A stretch of DNA of 63,888 bases, counting the filler, from Reclinomonas americana ATCC 50394 (taxonomy: Eukaryota), in assembly GCA_048213135.1 (NCBI GenBank). It is 6 parts of 3 records of this genome, joined end to end, with 100 filler letters (N's around TTAATTAATTAA, not from the genome) between each part and the next. Parts side by side here need not be neighbours in the genome. Positions count along the whole stretch, not along the records: positions 1 to 8,033 come from PS015067.1; positions 8,134 to 21,602 come from PS015067.1; 4 more parts are not named here. One strand, given 5' to 3'. Positions within the stretch are counted from its first letter, which is position 1. The number at the start of each line of letters is the position of its first letter. A program made the position numbers and the translations under genes. Shown here piece after piece: positions 1 to 12,600 of this stretch. The notes below the pieces were generated by a model. That model had not been told where the DNA came from. It did not search any database and was given only the letters and a program-made list of their open reading frames with translations.

Positions 1-188
1 ACTACTAACACTGCACCGTCCACCTCCACAACAGTAGGATTGTCGTGTTTGTATGTTGACTGTGTGTGTTCATGGTGTTTGTGTGTATTTTTTGAGCAAG
101 TGCACCTCCTGCCTGGCTGTCGTAAACGGAGAGCTGACAACCGTGACTATCAGGATTCATGACTTGCTCCCCTTGCAGAAGACATTTA

Positions 189-2291
189 CTACTTTTGAGC
201 TCTTCTCAGCATGGCCACGGCGTCGTTCATGGCGTCTCTGTGTGCAGACAGCCAAAAAATGAGAAACTTGTGGGTCACCAGAGAGAGGGTGGCTCAACGC
301 ACCTGACGTGCGGCGTACTGGTCGCCGATATGATTCGCACGTGGACCTCTCGCTCCGGATTCTTGTTCAGATGCATGAACTGGTTCTCCAGGTACTGACA
401 CGCTTGTTGTGTCGCATCCGTGCCATCCGCCAGTGCTGCTCACAAATCAGCCATTGAACGCAAAGAATAAAGTCAACGAGGATCGCACAGGCAGACGCAC
501 GTCTGAATTCGGGAAACGCTCGGCCAAAAGCCTCCGGCTCCTGCTCGAGACGCTCACGAAACCTGTCGTACTTGACTAGCAGCAGTAGAACCGGCCTGCA
601 GCAGCCAGAGAGTGAGTCACTTTGGCACGACAAGTCAGGTGTGTGGCGAGAACAAACCGTGCAAACGAGAGATCCTGGTTCACCCACTCGTCGAAGAGTC
701 GCATGCTGTCATCCATGTACGAAGGTCGATCGAACCTATATATGCACACGCCAGTCAGCATGCATCGCACACACACTGATTGTTTTTGTGGCACAGTGCA
801 CGCAACTCGCTCATGGCCACGAGAAACAGAATAACAGTGTCTGCTCGGGCCAGCGTGCTCGACAACTTTGTCCATGAATCGTGCTCCATCCGACTCCCTC
901 CGCTCTCGAGTAATCTGCACACAAGCACAGTCAGTGTGCAGTACCTCACATTTTTTTGGCCTCGCTTCACCAACCTCAACGGCGATCTCCCGCTCAACAA
1001 CGTGGTCTGGCCGGTGCAGCGGTAACATCTCACCATGTCTGCGGAGGTCGGGGCAAACAGTGGATTCGCAATCTTTGCCGCCTGTTGTACGAAGCTGCAG
1101 ATCGAGAAGACAAGGTTGGCGGGGGAAGAGCGGGGTAGCACGAGCAAGGCAGAGGTGGCGCAACTACAGAGTGCCATCGTCGATGCCATATTCGTCGCGT
1201 TGTGCGCGCACCAGCCGCATGGCTGTAACAGACACATGAGAGGGGAACCAAGCATCGCTCTTTGACAGCCACTCGACACGCAACAGCTGTCGGCAAGGAG
1301 TTGCTCGATACCCGTAGCCAGCTCCGTCGAGAGCGGCTCATTCTCGTACACCGCCTGCAGCACTTGTCGTGCTTGCGCCTGGAGGCATCGACGGGTGGCT
1401 GAGCATGAGAGACGCGCAGTCAGGAGCACGGACGCGCAAACACGCACCTCATTGGCGGGGTTGTCAAAGGAGAGCTGCAGCTCTTCATGTGCCTCCAGCA
1501 TTCTCGCGATGCCATGCCTGCAGGCAGAGAGGGTGAGTACAGCTTCTTGAACACAAGTCTCCACTCCAACAACGCACGTCGCTGTACTCCGAATTCTGCA
1601 CAGCGCCAAGACGGGGAGTGAGAAGAGGGCGGGAGGAGAGGTGGGAGAGCAGAAGCGCGAGTCACGAAACAGTTCCACCAACAGCTCCGCCTCCACCGGC
1701 AGCAGACCACCGCCCCACAGCATCTTGGCGTGACTGCACAACGTCGACACTCCGGAGCCAGCAGCGCCTGCATGCAAACGAAAAAATGAGTCGTCACAGG
1801 CGCACGAAGCGCACGGAAACGGGCAAGGGAGGCACACGCACCAAACGCCACCAGGGTTCCCAGCGGCGACTCCCCCTTGCCGTATTCGAACTGTGACGAG
1901 GTCACTCTCCACTCGGTCAGCGCCACCAGCCACCCGCGCCACTCGCTCTCCGACTCAAAGGTCAACCAGTACTCCCGTGGACCTTCATGCAGCACGTCAG
2001 CTCGCGTGAGACCCCCAGCAATCTCTTTCCAACCCACCTTTGTCGAGCCGTTCAGTGTGTATGCACACGGCCCACGGCCGCCCTTTCCGACTGTCTTCGC
2101 ACGTGACTGCGCGGACGGATGACGACGGAATGCAGCCGCGCGTGTCGCCACTCTCCGCCTTGGCAGCGTACCGCAGGTCGGTGAGACGGAGGGTAAAGTA
2201 GCGTCTCCTCCACTAAACCATCATCAGAGTGAGGCGAGCAAGCGAGTGACGACGATGACGACGACAACGACGCGACGCAACCGCTGTCCAT
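189..2291 (-). CDS. PH-like domain fused to a degenerate heterotrimeric G-protein alpha subunit (multi-exon; 5' end uncertain)
   Basis: Spliced translation reads ...REYWLTFESESEWRGWLVAL (PH C-terminal strand/helix), then LVAFGAAGSGVSTLCSHAKMLWGGG, HGIARMLEAHEELQLSFDNPANE, QRDEYGIDDGTLYFVQQAAKIANPLFAPTSADMVRCYRCTG, RLLESGGSRMEHDSW..VILFLVAMSEFD, MDDSMRLFDEWVN, PVLLLLVKYDRF..FPEF, YLENQFMHLNKNPEREVHVRIISATST. This is colinear with the whole G-alpha fold. Stop TAG at 189-191. Confidence 0.85.
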
Positions 2292-2549
2292 TTCTCGCCC
2301 TCCTTGAAGCCCCACCCGGACCGCAGCACTGGATTGCTATCACATAGAGGCGGTGACAGCCCGCTGTGTAGTCACGNNNNNNNNNNNNNNNNNNNNNNNN
2401 NNNNNNNNNNNNNNNNNNNNNNNNNNNNNNNNNNNNNNNNNNNNNNNNNNNNNNNNNNNNNNNNNNNNNNNNNNNNNNNNNNNNNNNNNNNNNNNNNNNN
2501 NNNNNNNNNNNNNNNNNNNNNNNNNNNNNNNNNNNNNNNNNNNNNNNNN

Positions 2550-2879
2550 GGTGTTGGCGATGCCCGCTTTGTCTCCGCGGTGAGTCGTCTTTTCTCTCCC
2601 TCTCTCCATGCGTGTGAGCGTGTCACTGAATCAGTCGCCCCGCAGTCTCGTGATCGTCAGCGCGCTCTGGATGTGCTGCGCGGCGGCTACTTTGCTCTGC
2701 AGTGCCACGAGCCAACCAGGTTTGACAAGTGGATGCGCACACACAGAGGCGAAAGAGCACTCACACTGCTGCGACCACAGGTTATCGCTGTGTCGGCTCA
2801 CAACTTTTGTGCATCGCCACCTGTTGCGTTCTTTGTCTGTCTGCTTGTACGCCGATGACGACGACGACTCACTGGCATG
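2550..2879 (+). other. Unassigned spliced coding fragment between gaps
   Basis: GTGAGT..CAG intron at about 2580-2634 and a second GT..CAG intron at about 2720-2780; reading frame and family not resolved. Confidence 0.3.
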
Positions 2880-3774
2880 NNNNNNNNNNNNNNNNNNNNN
2901 NNNNNNNNNNNNNNNNNNNNNNNNNNNNNNNNNNNNNNNNNNNNNNNNNNNNNNNNNNNNNNNNNNNNNNNNNNNNNNNNNNNNNNNNNNNNNNNNNNNN
3001 NNNNNNNNNNNNNNNNNNNNNNNNNNNNNNNNNNNNNNNNNNNNNNNNNNNNNNNNNNNNNNNNNNNNNNNNNNNNNNNNNNNNNNNNNNNNNNNNNNNN
3101 NNNNNNNNNNNNNNNNNNNNNNNNNNNNNNNNNNNNNNNNNNNNNNNNNNNNNNNNNNNNNNNNNNNNNNNNNNNNNNNNNNNNNNNNNNNNNNNNNNNN
3201 NNNNNNNNNNNNNNNNNNNNNNNNNNNNNNNNNNNNNNNNNNNNNNNNNNNNNNNNNNNNNNNNNNNNNNNNNNNNNNNNNNNNNNNNNNNNNNNNNNNN
3301 NNNNNNNNNNNNNNNNNNNNNNNNNNNNNNNNNNNNNNNNNNNNNNNNNNNNNNNNNNNNNNNNNNNNNNNNNNNNNNNNNNNNNNNNNNNNNNNNNNNN
3401 NNNNNNNNNNNNNNNNNNNNNNNNNNNNNNNNNNNNNNNNNNNNNNNNNNNNNNNNNNNNNNNNNNNNNNNNNNNNNNNNNNNNNNNNNNNNNNNNNNNN
3501 NNNNNNNNNNNNNNNNNNNNNNNNNNNNNNNNNNNNNNNNNNNNNNNNNNNNNNNNNNNNNNNNNNNNNNNNNNNNNNNNNNNNNNNNNNNNNNNNNNNN
3601 NNNNNNNNNNNNNNNNNNNNNNNNNNNNNNNNNNNNNNNNNNNNNNNNNNNNNNNNNNNNNNNNNNNNNNNNNNNNNNNNNNNNNNNNNNNNNNNNNNNN
3701 NNNNNNNNNNNNNNNNNNNNNNNNNNNNNNNNNNNNNNNNNNNNNNNNNNNNNNNNNNNNNNNNNNNNNNNNNA

Positions 3775-4932
3775 GGGTACCGCCACACTGTGCAGTCGGG
3801 CACCGACGAGGTGGCCAGCAGGGTCTCGAATTCGTCCACCGCGCGCACATCGGTGGTCTCGTCGTCGTTGCCAAAGTGCCCCTGGATGCCATCGACAGTC
3901 AACTCGGTGGCGCTCCACATGCTACGCGGTGGAATACCGCCAATGGTGGCACACGCCACAATCGTCGTCGCGGCAGGCGCTGCTGCCTCGTGAAACGACG
4001 ACGACGGACTGAGCACCGGCACTGGCCGGCTGGCCGCCAACACAGCCAGTGCCCCGCCGAGCCCAAACCCGACAATGGCAACACGCTGGCACCGCACGCC
4101 ATGAATCACCGCATACACGTCGTCCATGGCCGCCTCCCAGTCAAAGTTGCGCATGCGAAGAGCGATCTGTGGTGCAAGCGCGCGAGGTGAGCTCGTGCAC
4201 TGTCGCGGTAAAGGCAAACACACGCACCTGCGCATCTGTCAGCACCTCGCCACGAAACAGATCCGGCACCACCACTCGACACTGCAAGGCGGTGTGGAAA
4301 AACAGCGCCAACGACGCCACATGATCGTCGGAACCACGAGCACTGCCACGACAACGAAGAAACAATTAAAGGCCTGCTGCATGCATCTAGGGAAAAAAGG
4401 TGTCGTGCAACTCATGCAACACAATGAGCGCACAGTCGCCAACACAGTCGTCGGCGACCTCGGCACCAAACATTTGCCCCGGCACCACACCCGTCAGCAC
4501 CTCGCGATCACGACCGGCCAGAGACCCGCTCGAAGCAGATCCTTTTTAAAAAAAAAACACAAGAAAGCAAGGAAACAGTGAGTAATGAGGGGGAGGGAGC
4601 GTCATATGCACAGAAAGAACGAGACAACGAGGCGAGGGAAGAGCAGTCAGGCATTTGTTCGGAAACTTAAAAGCCTCACCTCGCATGCCATACGACGACA
4701 ATGACGAGCCCACCGACGACGACGGAGTGAGCGAGGACAGTCGCGGTGAGTCACGCATGGGCAGCACTGTCGCCGGCGACGACAACTCCTTTTCTTCCAC
4801 TGGTGCAGCAGCTGAAGCAGGCACAGAAGGAGTGCGCAGACGCAGTGGTGCAGATGAGCGCACTCGCCACTGCATGCGGTGCGCGGCTGCGGGCATTGCG
4901 TGGGACGAGGGTGGCGAGGATGACGACGCCAT
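3775..4932 (-). CDS. Dienelactone hydrolase family (alpha/beta hydrolase) protein; 3' end lost in gap
   Basis: VVVPDLFRGE, DWEAAMDDVYAVI, RVAIVGFGLGGALA, IQGHFGNDD and TVWRYP motifs occur in DLH order, after a Ser/Pro-rich N-terminal extension. Confidence 0.8.
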
Positions 4933-5147
4933 TCTCCGTCTCTCAAACAAGCGCGCGCGTCTGAAAAAAAGAGAACGTCGAACGTCGATAACTCTTTTTG
5001 CGCGCGACAACAACAACAAAGCAGCGTGTCGTGTGTAAGCTGAGGCAAGCGATAGTACCACTATAGGTGGCATGAAGAGAAAAAGGAGGTGAATGGTGGA
5101 TGTCCTGTGCAGTCTCATTGTGCTTGTTTAGTTGACAAAGAGGGGGA

Positions 5148-8033
5148 ATGTCTGCTGGTCTCGTTCCTGGTGGCAAGGACAAGGTGAAAGTNNNNNNNNN
5201 NNNNNNNNNNNGAGAGAGAGGGAGAGAGAGGGGGGGAGGATGGAATGCGCGTATGCCTCTCTCTTACTCTTTGCTTCTCTCTGTGTGTATGTGTGTGTGC
5301 CTCTCACGTCATCTGCCTTGCACACTCTTCTTCTTCTCTGTCTCCCCCCGTCGTGTGTGTGTCTCTCTCTGTCTCTCTCTCTTCATCTCTCTCTCACTGT
5401 CTCTCTCTCTCTTTTCTTCTCCCGCTCTCTGTCTCTCTGCCTCTCTGTCTCTCTCCCTCTCTCACTGTGCATTTCTCACACACACAGAGGATGAGGACGA
5501 GCAGCAGTCGTCATTTGCGTCGTCGCGCGAGAGGAGAATGGCGGGAGGAGTGATTATCAGCACGGGATCGTCTGCGACAACGACCTCCGCCACATTGTCT
5601 TCTTCGTCGACACAGCCGACGATTCAACGCAAGTTGTGTGAGAAAGAGAGAGACTGAGACTCAACCTTGTCCCTCCTCTCTCTCGCCCCTCACTCGCCCT
5701 GCAATCCCCCCTGTTGCTCACTAACTTACTGACACTGCACCAAGCATTCATTCTCCCTCGCCTGCAATCCCCCTGTCGTCCTCCGCTCTCCCCTTTTCTC
5801 TCTTTCTCTCTTCACCCTCTCTCTCTCTCTCTCTCTCTCTCTNNNNNNNNNNNNNNNNNNNNNNNNNNNNNNNNNNNNNNNNNNNNNNNNNNNNNNNNNN
5901 NNNNNNNNNNNNNNNNNNNNNNNNNNNNNNNNNNNNNNNNNNNNNNNNNNNNNNNNNNNNNNNNNNNNNNNNNNNNNNNNNNNNNNNNNNNNNNNNNNNN
6001 NNNNNNNNNNNNNNNNNNNNNNNNNNNNNNNNNNNNNNNNNNNNNNNNNNNNNNNNNNNNNNNNNNNNNNNNNNNNNNNNNNNNNNNNNNNNNNNNNNNN
6101 NNNNNNNNNNNNNNNNNNNNNNNNNNNNNNNNNNNNNNNNNNNNNNNNNNNNNNNNNNNNNNNNNNNNNNNNNNNNNNNNNNNNNNNNNNNNNNNNNNNN
6201 NNNNNNNNNNNNNNNNNNNNNNNNNNNNNNNNNNNNNNNNNNNNNNNNNNNNNNNNNNNNNNNNNNNNNNNNNNNNNNNNNNNNNNNNNNNNNNNNNNNN
6301 NNNNNNNNNNNNNNNNNNNNNNNNNNNNNNNNNNNNNNNNNNNNNNNNNNNNNNNNNNNNNNNNNNNNNNNNNNNNNNNNNNNNNNNNNNNNNNNNNNNN
6401 NNNNNNNNNNNNNNNCTCCTAACCTTAACCTTACGTACGACTACGTCGCCAACGACGACTACTACTATTCCTCCTCCTCGTCATACCCTCCTCGTCTCCT
6501 CCTCTCCTTCCTTCTCTTCTTCTCTTCTCCTACCTCTCTCTCTCTCTCTCTCTCTCTCGCCGCCTCACTCGCCCCTCTTTCGTCCCTGCAATCACCCCTG
6601 TTGCTCACTAACTTACTGACCGTGCACACGCAAACATTCATTCTCCCTCGCCTGCAGTCCCCCTGTCGTCCTCCGCTCTCTCCACCCTCTCTCTCTCTCC
6701 ACCCTCCCCTCTCACGCCCCTCTCACGCCCCTACAGTCCCCCCCTGTCACACTCTCACTTGCTTACCTGCACACACAAGCATTCATTCTCCCTCGCCTGC
6801 ATTTCTCCCCACCCTCCCCCTTCTCTCTTTCTCTCTCCACCCTCCCCTCTCTCTGTCTTACCCCTGACTCTCCCTGTAATCCCCCCTGTTGCTCACTAAC
6901 CTGCTGACCCTTCACCTAAGCATTCATTCTCCCTCACCTGCAATCCTCCTGTCGTTCTCCAGTGAACTCACCTTCTCTCTTTCTCTCTCCACCTTCCCCT
7001 CTCTCTGTCTCACCCCCTCACACACTCTCTCACTCTCTCTTTCGCCCTCTCACGTCCCCCTTCTCCCTTCCCCCCTTCTCCCCCTTCCCTCTTTTCCCCT
7101 CACCCTCTCACCCTCCCTTCTCCCCCATGCAGAGAGGACCCACGTCTTGCGCGTCTTCGCGATGTGCACGTGGATGCCGACAAGGCAGCGCAGTCGCATC
7201 GCCGACGCATTCATGAGGCGGAGATTGTCAGTGCTGCCTCTGCGGCGGCGGCGGCAGCGGAGAGCAAGAAAGCCGCGGCGGAGGATGAGGCGCAGCCAAT
7301 GGCCATGTCGGATGAGGAGGAGGGCGGTGGCGCGCGAGTGTTGCGTTTCTTTTTTTTTTTTTTTGGAGAAGCAGGTGTTGTCAGGTGAGGCAACTCACAC
7401 GAATGATTCGGTGTGTAGCGTGGCCAGACACGAGGTATCGTCCGAGGACGAAGAGGAGATTCAAGATCGTCGCCGTCGTGCGCTCGCCAAGTTGCGCCGT
7501 CCCTCCTCTCCCGGCTACCCCCTTTTTCCCTTCCCCCTCTCACCTTCTCCGCCACCCGCTGCAGACGACAGGCCATGGTGGCGAAGGAGGAGGAGGAGCT
7601 CATGGCGCGTGAGGAGGAAGAGGAGGAGGAGACCGACGAGGGTGACGATGAATCGAGCGAGTACGAGACGGAGACTGACGAGGAGGAGGAGACGGGATTC
7701 GGTCTGGCGCGCATGATGAAGCCACAGTTTGTGTCCAAGTCGGAGCGCGACACCATTCTCGAGCGTGAGCGACGTGAGGAGGAGGACAAGAAGCTGGAGG
7801 AGGAGCGTCTGAAGCGGCTAGAGGAGCGCAAGAAGGAGACGCACCAGATGCTGGTGCAGGAGATTCGGAAAGAGGAGGTTTGTCTCGCCACCTCCCCTCC
7901 TCCAATGCGCACAACTCATCACTTCATCACACGTGCTCAGGAGGCCGCCAAGAAGGGTGAATTCAGCTCCGACGAGGACATGCCCGACACGTCGGATGAC
8001 GAGAACAACGAGGAGGAGTTCAATGCGTGGAAG
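5148..8033 (+). CDS. MFAP1: Microfibrillar-associated protein 1 (spliceosomal B-complex factor, Spp381-like), partial
   Basis: EDPRLARL, RRRIHEAEIV, acidic tract SSEYETETDEEEE, MMKPQFVSKSERDTI, DMPDTSDDENNEEEFNAWK; truncated at the linker. Confidence 0.9.
5690..6960 (+). repeat. Intronic minisatellite plus CT microsatellite inside MFAP1
   Basis: The unit CTGCAATCCCCCTGTTGCTCACTAAC...AAGCATTCATTCTCCCTCGCCTGCA recurs at about 5699, 6586 and 6874, with a partial copy at about 6745. Confidence 0.8.
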
Positions 8034-8133
8034 NNNNNNNNNNNNNNNNNNNNNNNNNNNNNNNNNNNNNNNNNNNNTTAATTAATTAANNNNNNNNNNN
8101 NNNNNNNNNNNNNNNNNNNNNNNNNNNNNNNNN
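8034..8133. other. Artificial scaffold linker N44-TTAATTAATTAA-N44 (also at 21603-21702, 35679-35778, 39992-40091, 48561-48660)
   Basis: An identical 12-mer with stops in all six frames sits at the centre of exactly 100-nt N blocks, five times. Confidence 0.95.
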
Positions 8134-8311
8134 TACCTCGGTGTTTGTCGAGGCCTCGAAAATGCGTCGGGGCAAGACGGGCGCACGTGGTGGGCGGCCG
8201 CATGATGACGACCGACGGTGACACAGAATGCATGTGGAGAATGACCGTGGTGTGAGACAAAGAGTATATACAAATATAAAGCACCGTGGTGTGAACTATT
8301 ATTTCGTTGTT

Positions 8312-9532
8312 TCACACGGTGATGATCTGACCGTCGACAGGTGGTCTCGCTGGCTCGTTGGCACAGTGAGGATTGAGACATTGCACGGCGCCGTCGGCCA
8401 CATGCACACTCTCCCACTCGCCCTGCACGTCGTTGTCGGTCTTGGTGAGCGCGCCACCGCCAAAAACGTTCCACAGTGCCCGCGGCAACGGCAGCATGAC
8501 GATGCTCAGGTTGGCCAGCAGCGATAGTGGACTGCGCTGAATGAGCACGGCTGCGGCGGCCGCCACCAACTGCGTCCACGTCAACAAGTGGAACCAGTGG
8601 AAGAGACCCTGCCGCCGGAAGCCGACATCGCCCGACAGCAAGTGCGACCATGCGTAGCCGGGTACCAGCACAGCGTTCTCGGGATTCGCCACATCGTAGT
8701 GCACCGGCACTTTCGAGCCAGGTGCGAGTCTGCAGCATGCAAGGGGGGAGGAATTGAGGTTGCAAACGACACCAGTCGCGAAGGCAGCAGCGTTACGAAC
8801 CCGTTGAGCAACACCTCATTGGCGTCGTCGATGGAGCGAATGAGGTACGAGTGCCGGCGTCCCTGAATGATATCATCGTCGTGTGTGCGGAAATCGTAGC
8901 GCACATGCAGCCGCTTGACTGCACATGCAACTACGATGATGAGCGATCCCTGTACTGTACTCGTACGTAGAAAACCAACAGCACAGCTGACCGATTTCGC
9001 CATCCGAGTGAAACTGGCACACATGCGCCTCGGTGATGGTGGCCGTCGATGCCTTCTTCCACGTCGTCGACACCACACTGCCCACAACACAACGCGCAAA
9101 CGATCACCTTGTGTCCGCTGCGCATCTGCATCTGCAAGGATCCGGACGCGCGCAGACTCACTCACCCTCGCAGCATGGTCTCCCAACAATCGACGCCCGG
9201 CTCATACACAAACAAACTGGCGGCGGCAAACAGCAGAACCGCACTGAATCCGCGCAAGTGCGACGGGAGACCGTAGAACGACGACCACGAAGACGACCAC
9301 CAGTGACCACGAGATGATTTCTCCTCTTCTCCACCATTGCCACTGCCACCAGCTGCAGACAACAACAATCAGCTTTTGTACACATGCACAATGAGAAGCT
9401 GCACATGCCTTCCTCTTTCTTCTCTGAGGAGGTCGAGTGGAATCTCATCAGTGGTATCGCGACGCATGCTGGTGATCGCGACAGCAGCAGTGGTGCTTGT
9501 GTGGCACGCAGTGTGCGCCACAGCAGCAGCAT
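8312..9532 (-). CDS. DUF3592-like membrane protein with putative mitochondrial presequence
   Basis: Arg/Leu-rich N-terminus (MLLLWRTLRATQAPLLLSRS..MRFHST), TM helix, STTWKKASTATITEAHV, LHVRYDF..IIQGRR, VPVHYDVANPENAVL, then further hydrophobic helices. Confidence 0.6.
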
Positions 9533-9632
9533 CTGTGCTCTCACACCAACGACGACGAGCGAATCTATGTGTCCTGTAGTGTCCCTCCCTCTGTCAAGCT
9601 CGTCTCTGTCTCTCTGTCTGTGTGCGCGTTCT

Positions 9633-12600
9633 ATGGACGATCCTGTGCTCGAACAAGCCTATGAGCACGTCAGCCGTGACTGGCTGTGTGCGCCTGCATA
9701 GTTGCGACAACACGTCACTCTCTCTGCTCTCTCTCTGTTCTCTCTTTGCTCACACTCACACACTGCTCACTGTGCAGCTGGGAACCAGTGCTGGCAGAGC
9801 TCGTGTCATTCATCGAACGTCGTCAGGAGTTGCGTGAGTTGTCTTTTCTGATTGCGCGTGTGTCAAGTTTTTCGCGCCATCGCCCTCTCTCTTCTCAACT
9901 TGCCCCTCCTCCACACACACAGAGGCGAAGTGATTGATTACATTCCGATTCTGCGTGCACTGGATCGTGTCGCGGATGCGTTCAAGAGCGGCGTGGATGT
10001 CAGTGGTGTGTGGCATCGTGCGGTGCCACTGCTCATGCGTCTCTTTGGGTACCAGCAGTGGGTGTTCAAGCAGTTTGGCGCCTTTGCCATGATGCACGTC
10101 TTCAAGAGTTTCGACTGTAGACACATACACATGTTCTTATTTACCTCTTGCGCTCATCGGTGGTGCAGCATGCGATCGTGAGACCACTGTGGAGATCTTG
10201 CATCAGCGGTTCCCCGAGATGGAGCACAACTTTCTCGAGTTGCTGCTCAGTGGCGTGTCGTCGCCCAAGCGCGAAGTGCGTGATGCTGTCGGGCAGGTGA
10301 GGATGCCAAGGACTGGGAGTCGTCGCTTCTAGGTTGTTGTTGTTGTTCATGGATCGATGCAGTGCTTTGGGACGCTGGCTGCGGTGTTGGATATGGAGTT
10401 ACTCGACGAGATCTGGCAGCAACTGGAACGTGGTGCGCGTGTGCGTGGCGACGATGTGGAGGATGCACTGGAGGGACACATGATTAGCATCGGGTACTTG
10501 TTGGCCAAGTGCCGAGGAGTGACGCCCGAGGTGTTCAGGTCGGTTTGCGGCTCCCGCATTCATCATGCCTTCATCACTTGCTTATCGTGCGTGGCAGCGC
10601 TCTGCTCTCTGCGGTCATTGACTGCACATCGTACAAGGGCAATCCCACCCTCTCGTACTACGTGCGACAGTACGCCGTGCGTGCTTTGGTGCGCATCCTG
10701 CAGACGCGCGGATCAGTCGAGCCGGCTCTGTGGACGGATGCGTTGCGAACGGCGGTGGCCGTCGACATTGTCAGCGAGCGCGTGAACGACGACAACATTG
10801 ACGTGCGCAAGCACAACGCTCGTCTTTTGTGCGCCTTCACCAAGGCGTCGGGTGATGCGCCGGACGCGGTCGCGCGTCGCATGGTGGCCGAGCGTGCCAA
10901 GTCCGAGCGATGGGAGCACGACCACGGTATTGCGTATGCACTCTTGCTGTTGGTGCAAGATCGGCAACTGGCACGTACCGCTCCGTCTGCGTCAGTTTTG
11001 AGCGCTCCAGCCACGCTGATCTCACGCCACGTGTGTGCAGGCCAGTCAGCTGTCTCGCCCGGTGGTCGTTGAAATCTTCGCCGCCATGCTGGGCGATGTG
11101 ATCGATGGCTTCAAGCGGTATGTGGACGCCACTGTGCACAATCTGCGGCGCCACCACCGATTCACATCTTCTTCGTGCGCAGGCAAGGCGGTACAGCAGC
11201 GGCCTCGGCCGTCCTGGCGGCAGTCAACTTGTTCATCTCACAGTGTGCGGCGCCGGCACCATCCTCGTCGTCGTCTGGATCGTCGGTGGACGCACTGGTC
11301 GGCGCCATGCAATCACTCTCCGTCAAGGTACCTTCGCTTTGTGTGTGTCTGCATGCGCGCGCGCTCGTCAGTTGAGTCAGTCAATCCTCGGCGCAGGACG
11401 ATGTCCGTGAGCTGTTCGACACGTATGTCATGCCGCTGTTGATGTGCGCGCTGACAAGCACGGACCCGTCCCTGCTGGATGCCGGTGGTTCCGGCCTGTA
11501 TCTGCTGCAAACACAACTGCCGGCATTTATTCAGGTGCCTGGCCGTGAACTTGCAAAGCAGTCCTGCCAGACGTCGTTAACCGCGCCTGCTGTCTCGTTG
11601 CCAGGCATACCTGACGCCGCTGCTGAGCCGCCTGCACAAGAACGCGTTCCACGCCTCGCTGCCGATTCGTGACAGTGCTCTGCGCAACTGGCGCCAGGCT
11701 GCCAAGCTCGCCGGGTTCGTGTCATGCGCCTGCAGGCACAGGGAGAGAGAGAATGGTTGACGGTGCTAACCGACCGGATACGCACGCAGTGTGTCTGAGC
11801 AGGAGCTGTTGCAGTCGCTGTCCTTGGAGATTCTCGGATTCCTGCTCAGCGAGGGCAACAAGGACAATGTTGAATTCCGTGAAATGGTCTACAAGGGTGA
11901 GTGTTGGCGCGCGTGTCACTCGCTCAATGTTTCGCCGCTCTCATCCCATCCATTCGTCGCGCGTCAGATGCGGCCGCGCTCTTCTCGCAGTCCTCTCCTC
12001 CCGCCGAGTTCACCTCTGAAGAATCGGCGCAGCCACACATTCTGCTCATGCTGCAGGCAGGCATCACCGATACGTTGCGTCGCTCACCCGCACTCCACAT
12101 TTGCCCAATGTGTGTGCCTCTCACACTAACTTCCGTGAGCAGGCGTGGTGGTGCCTCAGCCGAGTACGTGCAGGCTGCGGCCACCACGGCCTTTGCCAAG
12201 TATCTCCGGCTGTTGTCTCGTGTGCATTCGAGTGACTGGAGGCACTCGTCTGTTGCGTTTCTCTGCAAAAGGTGGCGATGTGAGTGCCATTTCATTTCCT
12301 CCTCACCGCTAGTGTCCGCCCACCCACAGCAACAAGTCGCCGTCGATCTCTTCACCAACCTTGCGCTCTCCACGTGGGACATGGTGTCTGTTGCCAGTCT
12401 GGAGGTGCGTGTGCACACGTTTGTGCGACGAGGGAGTCTTCCGACTCACTCTATCGGAAAACTCAGATTGCCGAGGCACTGTGTGCGGGCTTTTGGGACA
12501 CTCTGATTGCACAAAACCTGCTGGGCTCCATTCTTGTTCCGCTGGCTCGACTGGCATTCCACGACTTGGACGCTGTGCGATACCCGGCCATGAGTGTGTA

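Noticed and set aside
2608-4235. Long ORFs spanning N runs (here and elsewhere)
   Set aside because: Their length is an artefact of X translation through gaps.
6416-6480. Telomere-like CCTAACCTTAACC
   Set aside because: Only 2-3 imperfect units at a contig edge, amid TACG-type low-quality sequence; likely read-end noise.
8078-8089. TTAATTAATTAA as a piggyBac target site or biological motif
   Set aside because: It is always centred in exactly 100-nt N blocks, so it is an artificial six-frame-stop linker.
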